A DNA stretch of 64,000 nucleotides, from positions 1,088,001-1,152,000 of the forward strand of contig OY760907.1 in the NCBI GenBank assembly GCA_963664195.1. The letters are read 5' to 3'. The DNA comes from an uncultured candidate division Zixibacteria bacterium. Lineage in GTDB: Bacteria > Zixibacteria > MSB-5A5 > GN15 > FEB-12. Of the stretch, positions 56,472 through 64,000 are shown one piece after another (position 1 is the stretch's first letter; each line of letters starts with the position of its first letter). The notes beneath the pieces were generated by a model. The model saw nothing but the letters and a program-made list of their open reading frames with translations. It searched no databases and was not told the DNA's origin. The position numbers and the translations under genes are program-made.

Positions 56472-57782
56472 CTATTTACGCGTGACTCGTCGCCAGAAAC
56501 TCGACGAGAACTTCGGATCGATATGCGTCGCAAATTCATTCCAGTTTGGATAGTACGCCTGAAAATCCTCCGCGGACATGCAGGCATCCTTGGCCGAATA
56601 CAACCGACCGTTGGCGGCTCGAACAATTTCATCCAGCGTTTTGAACAGCTTGAACGTCCGGTCCCCTTTGATCGGAAAGTCGAGCGCCAGCGTTACGCCC
56701 GATCTTGGGAACGAGATCATCCCCGGCGAAGGAACGTCGCCCATCACCTTCAACACCGCAAGGAACGAGCCGAGACCAGAGGCAGCGATCCTGCCGAGAA
56801 TGTCGGCAATCGCCGTCGCGTTTTCGTGCGGCACCACACACTGGTATTGCAGAAAGCCTCGCTTCCCATAGATGCGGTTCCAATTCTGCACGGCGTCGAG
56901 GGGGTAGAAAAACGGCTCGTAATCAATCTCGTTGCGCACGACCTTCTTGAACTGCTTGCCGTAGTAGAGCATATTGAACGCTTTGATGCTCAGGCGGTTG
57001 AGCGCAAACCCCGGAAAGTCTACAGGTACCCCTGCGGGGCCGGCTCCCTTCTTCGAAGATGACAGCTCACCGCCTGACGCATGGTTGCCCGCCATGAAAA
57101 TCCCGCGCCCGAGCGACTTCCCCTTGGCCAGGCAATCGATCCAGGCGACGGTATAATCACAACTCTGCTCAAACTCCTCAGAAAGAGAAGAGAAATCGCC
57201 CAGCGACCCGAACTTGGTCGCGGTCTGGCTGATCATGCGGCTGCTGATTTTCGTCAGCTTGATCTCCGCCCACGTGATTAACCCGGTCAACCCCATCCCA
57301 CCGACAGTAGCCGCATACAACTCAGGGTTCGAATCCTCCGAGCAGACGAGCCTGTCGCCCTCCGAGCGAAGAAGCTCGAACTGCGATACATGCCTGCCAA
57401 ACGTTCCGGCTCTGTGATGGTTTTTGCCGTGAACGTCGTTGGCGATCGCGCCGCCGACCGTAACGTATTTCGTACCCGGCGTGACCGGCAGAAACCAGCC
57501 GTGGGGAACAATGACCTCAAGTATCTCAGCCAGCGAGACGCCGGCCTCACATCTGAGAACGCCGGCGTCTACGTCAAGACTGATGAAGCGGTTCAGACCA
57601 CGAGTCGGGATCAGCCATTGACCGTCGTTTAGACAAACATCGCCGTAACTTCGCCCGAGTCCAAACGGCAGGACACTCGTGTCGATGCCATCAAGATTGA
57701 GCCTGTCGCCGGGCCAGTGGTGGGGGCGCAGGCGGTGTTGTGCTTTGGGGTATCTCCCCCAGGATTCGATTTCAGTCGTCAT
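56472..57782 (-). CDS. FAD-binding oxidoreductase, DprE1-like (decaprenylphosphoryl-ribose 2'-oxidase family)
   Basis: SWGR, GLGRSYGD, PVTPGTK.VTVGGAIA.DVHGKNHH, VAWID, FFYPLD, WNR.YG..GF.QYQ, FLAVLK, TLALDF, Y.AKD. Confidence 0.9.
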   Translation of the reverse strand: MTTEIESWGRYPKAQHRLRPHHWPGDRLNLDGIDTSVLPFGLGRSYGDVCLNDGQWLIPTRGLNRFISLDVDAGVLRCEAGVSLAEILEVIVPHGWFLPVTPGTKYVTVGGAIANDVHGKNHHRAGTFGRHVSQFELLRSEGDRLVCSEDSNPELYAATVGGMGLTGLITWAEIKLTKISSRMISQTATKFGSLGDFSSLSEEFEQSCDYTVAWIDCLAKGKSLGRGIFMAGNHASGGELSSSKKGAGPAGVPVDFPGFALNRLSIKAFNMLYYGKQFKKVVRNEIDYEPFFYPLDAVQNWNRIYGKRGFLQYQCVVPHENATAIADILGRIAASGLGSFLAVLKVMGDVPSPGMISFPRSGVTLALDFPIKGDRTFKLFKTLDEIVRAANGRLYSAKDACMSAEDFQAYYPNWNEFATHIDPKFSSSFWRRVTRK

Positions 57783-57820
57783 GCTTTGGCGGCTACAACT
57801 CAGGCCGGTTACGCGCTGTC

Positions 57821-58324
57821 TTAGATTTCGGGGGCCTGCATATTGAAGGCCGCCCATTCTTCTTTCGAGGGGCCAAACAGTCCCGGTACTTTGAGACCGG
57901 CCTGACGCATCAAAACGGTCATCTGGCCGCGATGGTGTACTTCGTGCCGAATGAGAATACCACCGGTCACACCGCGTTTCCACTTCTCTCCGTACATCTC
58001 ATCCTCGACCTGCAAGTCCTCGTCCGTCCAGTTCGCCTTGATCTGCTCGCCAAGCTCTGTGCTTATCGCAGCATAGGCAGACTTGACCTCCCCGGCCGTC
58101 TTCGGAACCGGAGCTTTGTGGTCCAGCGAGGTTACTTTCAACCCGAGTTGGTTCATCATTTCGGGAATCGTAGTCGCAATGTGCCAGGCGACGCGCCCGA
58201 GCGTCCGATGATCGTCGGCCACTGCCTGTGACAGGCTGGCATCGGTCAATTCGTTCATCATCTTCTGCGTGCCCTCTGCCACCGCGGTCCAGTCTTTGAC
58301 AAATTCATCGATGGTCGTGTACAT
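57821..58324 (-). CDS. DinB family protein
   Basis: RTLG..AWHI and HEVHHRGQMTV..RQAG..VP motifs. Confidence 0.88.
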   Translation of the reverse strand: MYTTIDEFVKDWTAVAEGTQKMMNELTDASLSQAVADDHRTLGRVAWHIATTIPEMMNQLGLKVTSLDHKAPVPKTAGEVKSAYAAISTELGEQIKANWTDEDLQVEDEMYGEKWKRGVTGGILIRHEVHHRGQMTVLMRQAGLKVPGLFGPSKEEWAAFNMQAPEI

Positions 58325-58405
58325 GTCTTTTCTCCTCTGTATGTTTGCAACTGAGCATTCTCGCTTCACAGCCGCAAGTATGCTGCAGCTTCCCTCCGCG
58401 GGCAA

Positions 58406-59365
58406 TCACATCTTGAACCGCGTACTCTTTGCCTCACCCAGAATTTTCTCGATTTTGTCCAGTATATCTGATGACAGCTCCACGCTTCCAGAAGCAAGGT
58501 TCTCCTCAAGCTGTTCGACCCTGGTAGCGCCGACTATCGCGCAGCTTATCTCCGGCCGCCTCAGAATCCAGGCCAGCGCCAGTTGCCCGACTGTCAGGTC
58601 AATCGATTTCGCCAGTTCGGACAGCTTCCTGACTTTGCCCAGGTTTTCCTCGTTGAGCTGTCCCGCCAGCCACATAGTATCTCCGCCGCGGGTGCCTTTG
58701 GAAGTACCGTCGTTGTATTTGCCGGTGAGCAACCCTTGCGCCAGCGGCGACCAGACAGTCACGCCGATTCCGTGACGAGCACACACCGGTAGAATGCGAT
58801 CTTCGATATGACGGTCCAGCATATTGTAGCGCGGCTGCTCCACCGACGGAAGGTACCGGTTCCAACGCTTGGCCTCTCCGACTGCCTGCTCGATTTCTTC
58901 CGCCTCCCACACCGAGGTCCCCCAGTAAAGCACCTTGCCCTGCTGAACGAGATCACTCATCGCCCGTACGGTTTCATCGACCGGCGTCTCCTTGTCAAAC
59001 CGATGGCAGTAGTAGATATCAAGATAGTCGGTACCGATCCGTTTCAGCGACTTCTCCACCGATTCCATGATATGCTTGCGGCTCAACCCTGCGTCGTTGA
59101 CGTTGTCCGACATCGGCCAGAATACTTTGCTCGAAAGCACGAGATCAGAACGGGTGTAATCTTTGATTGCCCTGCCGACAACCTTCTCGGCCTCCCCCTT
59201 GGCGTAGATGTCAGCGATATCAATGAAGTTGACTCCGGCCTCGACAGCCACCTTAATGATCTTGCCAGCGGCATCGGACTCAACCGAATTGCCGTAGGTC
59301 AACCAGGCACCGAGTGAGATTTCCGATATCTTCAGTCCGCTCTTTCCAACTCGACGGTACTTCAT
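58406..59365 (-). CDS. Aldo/keto reductase (Kv-beta-like)
   Basis: SGLKISEISLG.W, D.ADIY, GLSRKHI, DYLD.YYCHR, WSPLAQG.LTGKY. Confidence 0.93.
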   Translation of the reverse strand: MKYRRVGKSGLKISEISLGAWLTYGNSVESDAAGKIIKVAVEAGVNFIDIADIYAKGEAEKVVGRAIKDYTRSDLVLSSKVFWPMSDNVNDAGLSRKHIMESVEKSLKRIGTDYLDIYYCHRFDKETPVDETVRAMSDLVQQGKVLYWGTSVWEAEEIEQAVGEAKRWNRYLPSVEQPRYNMLDRHIEDRILPVCARHGIGVTVWSPLAQGLLTGKYNDGTSKGTRGGDTMWLAGQLNEENLGKVRKLSELAKSIDLTVGQLALAWILRRPEISCAIVGATRVEQLEENLASGSVELSSDILDKIEKILGEAKSTRFKM

Positions 59366-59398
59366 GCGTCAGCCCCTCCTGAGAGTGTGAATCCGTTC

Positions 59399-60388
59399 TT
59401 AATTGCCTTCGAGACCCTTGATCCGGTCGTTGATGGCGTTCCATATTTCCGGCCAGGTTTTGTCGTAACCTTCAGCCTTGTACTCGTCGCGGGCACGCTT
59501 GAGCATTTTCAGACCGGCGGATTTGCGGCCTTCGGCAATCTCAATTTCACCGAGGTCTTCCGTCGCCTGACCGATGGCCGAGTGGTTTTCGAGCCGTTCC
59601 GCCCATGCCAGCACCGGTCGCAGCCATTTACCGGCGTTTTCAAAATCACCCAGCTTGCGGTAGGTCATGCCGATATGGTAATCGGCGAACAACTTGCCGA
59701 CCTCGCCGGAAAACCGCCAGTGGTACTCGCGGGCTTTGGTGAAGCACTCCAGCGAGGAATCGTATTGCTTGTTTTCATCGTATGTCACCGCGAGATTATT
59801 CCAGAGCGGTCCCAGCCAACTCTCTACTCCGCCGGACTCCGCTGCTTCGATACCGCGTCTACTCCACTCAATCTGCTCTTCGGGCGATTCAGCAACAATC
59901 GCAATCATGTGGGCGGCATCGACAGCCCGTGACCAGAGACCGTTGGTGTTGCAGTAGACATACATGTCGTTGAAGGTCTTGCGTGCCTTGATGAGATCGT
60001 TGTCCTGCCATTCGAACCGACCCCGGACTCCGAGATACCGCGACCAACCCATCGGATCGCTGTCCGAAGCACGCTCTTTCGCCTGAATCAACCACGTACG
60101 TCCTTCTTCCTTGTTGTTGAGAATCAGGTTGCAGCGGGCAACCTGTGCAAGGCACTCGGTTTCAACAGGTCTGTTGAAATCTATACGCGCGACTTCCAAT
60201 ACTTCCAGATATTTGTCCAACGCAGCCGCATAATCGCGGCTCTGGAAAACGGTATCAGCTACATCAAGCAGCGAATCGGCGTTTAGTTCCTCGTTGGCAG
60301 ACATAGCAGCTCCTTTTTCACGAACCTCGACAGCCCTTGTCAGACCGGGTAGAGTCAGCATTACAGCCAAAACAATCAGCAGGCGCAT
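59399..60388 (-). CDS. Secreted tetratricopeptide-repeat protein
   Basis: Signal peptide; TPR-like helices (LWNNLAVTY, YHIGMTYRKLG, EDLGEI). Confidence 0.75.
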   Translation of the reverse strand: MRLLIVLAVMLTLPGLTRAVEVREKGAAMSANEELNADSLLDVADTVFQSRDYAAALDKYLEVLEVARIDFNRPVETECLAQVARCNLILNNKEEGRTWLIQAKERASDSDPMGWSRYLGVRGRFEWQDNDLIKARKTFNDMYVYCNTNGLWSRAVDAAHMIAIVAESPEEQIEWSRRGIEAAESGGVESWLGPLWNNLAVTYDENKQYDSSLECFTKAREYHWRFSGEVGKLFADYHIGMTYRKLGDFENAGKWLRPVLAWAERLENHSAIGQATEDLGEIEIAEGRKSAGLKMLKRARDEYKAEGYDKTWPEIWNAINDRIKGLEGN

Positions 60389-60595
60389 GAACTTCTCCTT
60401 CCGATTAATGTAGACAATATATGTTGATTGGCGGCGTATCTCAAACGATTATAAAACGTTAACATGGGCTTTGCAGTTGACCGATTCATGGCGCAGGACT
60501 ATATTCCGGCCCTGAGCTTCAATCGTATATCGGGAGCGCAAAAACCCGTCCCGCTCAAGATTCGGGCGGAGATCTTTAGACCTGAGAGGATGCTT

Positions 60596-61561
60596 ATGCG
60601 CGCACTTATCACCGGGATAACCGGACAGGACGGTTCTTACCTGGCTGAGTTGCTCCTGGAAAAAGGATACGAAGTTTTCGGCATGGTCCGGCGGGCGTCG
60701 ACCGAATCGTTCGACCGTATTAACCATATCAAGGACAGAGTTACCCTCGTGCAGGCCGACTTGCTGGACCAGCTCTCGATTATCAGCATAATCGAAGAAC
60801 ACCGGCCCGACGAAGTCTACAATCTGGCTGCCCAGTCGTTTGTCCCCACCAGTTGGGTACAGCCCGTGCTCACCGGCGAATTCAACGCTCTCGGCGTGAC
60901 CAAAATGCTCGAAGCGATCCGTCTGGTCGACAAGAAGATCAAGTTCTACCAGGCTTCGTCGTCGGAAATGTTCGGCAAAGTTGTTGAGGTCCCGCAGAAA
61001 GAGACCACGCCGTTGTATCCGCGCTCGCCGTACGGTGTCGCCAAAGTTTATGGGCACTGGATTACGATCAATTACCGCGAGAGCTATGGCATCCACGCCA
61101 ACTCGGGTATCCTCTTCAACCATGAGTCACCACGTCGCGGGCTGGAATTCGTAACCCGCAAGATCACCGATGGCGCCGCCCGCATCAAGTTGGGACTCGC
61201 CGACAAACTGACCCTCGGCAACATGGACGCAAAACGTGACTGGGGCTACGCCGGCGATTACGTTCGGGCCATGTGGCTGATGCTTCAACAGAAAGAGCCG
61301 GAGAATTTTGTCATCTGTACCGGCGAAACTCACTCGGTCGAGGAATTCACACGGCTTTCGTTCGAACATCTGGATCTTGACTACAAGGATCACGTCACTA
61401 CCGACCCGAAACTGGTCCGGCCGGCCGAGGTCGATCTGCTCGTAGGTGACAACTCGCTTGCGAAAGAGAAACTCGGATGGGAGCCAAAAGTGACGTTCAA
61501 GGGGCTGGTGAAAATGATGGTTGACGCCGACATGGAACGACTATCTAAAGCCAAGGGGTAA
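60596..61561 (+). CDS. gmd: GDP-mannose 4,6-dehydratase
   Basis: [54 protein letters not shown]. Confidence 0.96.
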   Translation: MRALITGITGQDGSYLAELLLEKGYEVFGMVRRASTESFDRINHIKDRVTLVQADLLDQLSIISIIEEHRPDEVYNLAAQSFVPTSWVQPVLTGEFNALGVTKMLEAIRLVDKKIKFYQASSSEMFGKVVEVPQKETTPLYPRSPYGVAKVYGHWITINYRESYGIHANSGILFNHESPRRGLEFVTRKITDGAARIKLGLADKLTLGNMDAKRDWGYAGDYVRAMWLMLQQKEPENFVICTGETHSVEEFTRLSFEHLDLDYKDHVTTDPKLVRPAEVDLLVGDNSLAKEKLGWEPKVTFKGLVKMMVDADMERLSKAKG

Positions 61562-62544
61562 TGAAGAAGACCGCCTTTATCACCGGTATTGCTGGGTTTG
61601 CCGGGTCATATCTGGCTGAGGAGCTTCTTGAGGCAGGGTTCACCGTATCCGGTTCGCTGCTCAAGGATGAACCGACAACCCATATCGACCATATCATCAA
61701 TGACCTCGAACTGGTCACGATGGATATTCTCGATGCTGACCGCTGTCGTAAGACACTGAACAAACTGAAACCCGCACGTCTCTTTCATCTCGCGGCCATG
61801 GCCTCGGTGGGGAAATCATTCGAAGCCGAACGGCTGACCCTGGATGTAAATCTCGGCGGTACGTTGAACTTGCTGCAAGCGGCCAACGATTGCAAAGCGC
61901 TGAAGTCGTTTCTGTTCGTCGGGTCGGCCGATGTCTACGGCATCTTCAAACCGACAAGCAAAACGCTGAAAGAAGACCAGCCGCTAAATCCGATCTCGCC
62001 TTACGGCATCTCAAAAACCGCCGCCGAACATGCCTGTCGGTACTATCACCGCGCCCATCACCTGCCGGTTGTTGTTGTTCGCGCCTTCAATCATACGGGA
62101 CCGCGTCAGAACAACGATTTTGTTGTTCCCTCGTTTGCAAGGCAGATTGCCGCTATTGAAGCGGGGAGACAGAGGCCCGTGCTCAGACACGGAGACCTGT
62201 CGGCGCGCCGCGATCTATCCGACGTTCGGGATATAGCCCGGGGGTACCGTCTGGCCGCCGTCAAGGGCAGGCCGGGCGAGGTGTACCAGTTGTGTTCGGG
62301 AAAGTCGGTAGCCGTACAGAAAGTACTTGAAATCCTGCTTTCAATGTCGTCTCTTTCGATCCGTGAGACAATAGACAAGTCGCGCCTGCGCAAAGCGGAC
62401 ATTCCCCTTCTGAGAGGAAGCAACCGAAAGGCGACTGAACATTTCGGCTACGAAGTCCGATACAGTTTGAAAGAAACTCTTTCTGATACACTGAGTTATT
62501 GGAGGTCCCGACTCGGGAGCCCCACGACTAAAAAGACTAGATAA
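61561..62544 (+). CDS. GDP-4-keto-6-deoxy-D-mannose reductase (Rmd-like) / Gmd-family SDR
   Basis: [44 protein letters not shown]; immediately after gmd. Confidence 0.8.
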   Translation: MKKTAFITGIAGFAGSYLAEELLEAGFTVSGSLLKDEPTTHIDHIINDLELVTMDILDADRCRKTLNKLKPARLFHLAAMASVGKSFEAERLTLDVNLGGTLNLLQAANDCKALKSFLFVGSADVYGIFKPTSKTLKEDQPLNPISPYGISKTAAEHACRYYHRAHHLPVVVVRAFNHTGPRQNNDFVVPSFARQIAAIEAGRQRPVLRHGDLSARRDLSDVRDIARGYRLAAVKGRPGEVYQLCSGKSVAVQKVLEILLSMSSLSIRETIDKSRLRKADIPLLRGSNRKATEHFGYEVRYSLKETLSDTLSYWRSRLGSPTTKKTR

Positions 62545-62560
62545 CTGGAGAGTTACGGTA

Positions 62561-63898
62561 ATGATTATCAGCAAGCCAAAATCCAGGGCGGCCGCCTCCC
62601 TGATAAGCAGAATTAAAGACAGATCAGCCAAAGCCGGAGTAATCGGTCTCGGGTATGTCGGGCTGCCGCTCTCAATGGTTCTTGTCGAAGGCGGATTTTC
62701 GGTCACGGGTTTTGACGTCAGCGCCCACAAGGTGAAACTGCTCAATTCCGGCAAATCCGATATTGACGACATCGCAAACTCCACGGTACAAAACGCCGTC
62801 AAGACCGGCAAGTTCATCGCCACTGCCGACCCGAAGAAGCTCGCACAGATGGATACCATTTCTATTTGTGTACCAACTCCGCTATCCAAAACCAAAGATC
62901 CGGATGTCAGTTTCATCCTGGCCGCCATGGACTGGGTGAAAGGCAATCTTAAAAAAGGAGCGCTGGTCGTGCTGGAGTCAACCACGTATCCGGGCACAAC
63001 CGAAGATTTGATTCTGCCGCTGCTGGAGGAAAAAGGACTCAAAGTCGGAACGGACTTCTTTCTCGCCTTCTCGCCGGAACGCGTCGACCCGGGCAACCCG
63101 ACTTACACCACCCACAACACCCCGAGAGTGGTCGGTGGGTGTACTCCTGATTGCACGCTGGTAGCAAAGACGTTCTACGAACAGTCGATGCCGGATGTCT
63201 ACCCGGTCTCCTCCACAAAAGCGGCCGAAATGGTCAAGCTGCTGGAGAATACGTTCCGCTCGGTCAATATCGGCCTGGTAAACGAGGTCGCCCTCATGTG
63301 CGATCGGTTGAAGGTCAACGTCTGGGAGATCATCAACGCGGCTGCCACAAAACCGTTTGGCTTCATGCCTTTCTATCCCGGTCCCGGCCTCGGCGGTCAT
63401 TGCATTCCGATTGACCCGCACTACCTGTCCTGGAAACTGAAGTCGCTCAACTACTACGCCCGATTCATCGAGCTGGCCGGTGATGTCAACAGTCACATGC
63501 CGGAATACGTGGTTGATCGCGTCGCCGATCTGTTCAATCGTCGCCTGGTCAAGGCGATCAATAAGTCATCTGTCCTGGTACTCGGAATCGCCTACAAGAA
63601 GGATATTCAGGATCTCCGCGAGTCACCGGCTCTCGACGTCATCAAGTTGCTGGAGGACAAAGGAGCCCGTGTGACCTACAACGACCCCTTTATCCCCTCG
63701 TTCAGGTGGAATGGCGGACAGGTGAAGTCAACGAAACTTACCGGATCCGTGCTCAGAAAGGCTGACATGGTGATCATTCTGACGAATCATTCGCAGTACG
63801 ATTACCAGATGATCGTCAACGAAGCCAAGCTCGTGTTTGATACGCGGAACGCTACTTCCAACGTGAAGAAGCACCGGAACAAGATCGAGTTGCTTTAG
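62561..63898 (+). CDS. Nucleotide-sugar (UDP-GlcNAc-type) 6-dehydrogenase, WbpA/TviB family
   Basis: GLGYVGLP, CVPTP, ESTTYPGTT, SPERVDPG, KLLENTFRSVNI, GGHCIPIDP, RESP. Confidence 0.92.
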   Translation: MIISKPKSRAAASLISRIKDRSAKAGVIGLGYVGLPLSMVLVEGGFSVTGFDVSAHKVKLLNSGKSDIDDIANSTVQNAVKTGKFIATADPKKLAQMDTISICVPTPLSKTKDPDVSFILAAMDWVKGNLKKGALVVLESTTYPGTTEDLILPLLEEKGLKVGTDFFLAFSPERVDPGNPTYTTHNTPRVVGGCTPDCTLVAKTFYEQSMPDVYPVSSTKAAEMVKLLENTFRSVNIGLVNEVALMCDRLKVNVWEIINAAATKPFGFMPFYPGPGLGGHCIPIDPHYLSWKLKSLNYYARFIELAGDVNSHMPEYVVDRVADLFNRRLVKAINKSSVLVLGIAYKKDIQDLRESPALDVIKLLEDKGARVTYNDPFIPSFRWNGGQVKSTKLTGSVLRKADMVIILTNHSQYDYQMIVNEAKLVFDTRNATSNVKKHRNKIELL

Positions 63899-63926
63899 AG
63901 GTCTGATTCCTCTGACCAACATTGCT

Positions 63927-63957
63927 GCAAAAGCCCGCCTTTGGCGGGCTTTTTTGC
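63927..63957 (+). terminator. Rho-independent (possibly bidirectional) terminator
   Basis: AAAAGCCCGCC-ttt-GGCGGGCTTTTTT. Confidence 0.85.
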
Positions 63958-64000
63958 TGTCAGACTGTAATGAATCCGTCATCCTGCCGATCTTGTGATA

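Noticed and set aside
57783..57983. Extended N-terminus of the DprE1-like ORF from the ORF track
   Set aside because: Overlaps the dinB gene; the family-typical start (SWGR) follows ATG 57782.

Overview
A GC-rich (roughly 55-60% by eye) chromosomal segment of an LPS-producing diderm bacterium. The kdsA/C/D-lpxL-lptC genes, lolCE/lolD, mcsA-mcsB-clpC and a YPNPF-type C-terminal sorting/FlgD-Ig domain suggest an FCB-superphylum lineage such as candidate Zixibacteria (inference only). Housekeeping blocks: rsmD, ffh-rpsP-khpA-rimM-trmD-rplS, rpmA, lolCE-lolD-mcsA-mcsB-clpC, coaD-lysS, the Kdo/lipid A operon and gmd-rmd-wbpA. These are interleaved with accessory genes: a GIY-YIG nuclease, a chagasin-type inhibitor, a hybrid histidine kinase, an Eis-like acetyltransferase, several lipoproteins, two RRM proteins around an ABM gene, a type III PKS, an orphan putative nuclease, a DprE1/DprE2-like pair and an M14 peptidase. 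I found no rRNA, tRNA, CRISPR array, transposase or integrase. Most notable observations: (1) a dispersed, mosaic family of REP-like GTAG/GTGG-hairpin elements showing compensatory base-pair changes and inverted doublets, one cluster of which is fused to a GIY-YIG gene; (2) a stand-alone very basic protein with linker-histone-like tripartite architecture (basic tail, Myb/SANT-like HTH core, tail with TPKK-type motifs); (3) an apparently paralogous uncharacterised lipoprotein family; (4) a ctsR-less mcsAB-clpC operon carrying a degenerate CIRCE-like site. All family assignments come from motif recognition by eye; no searches were run.
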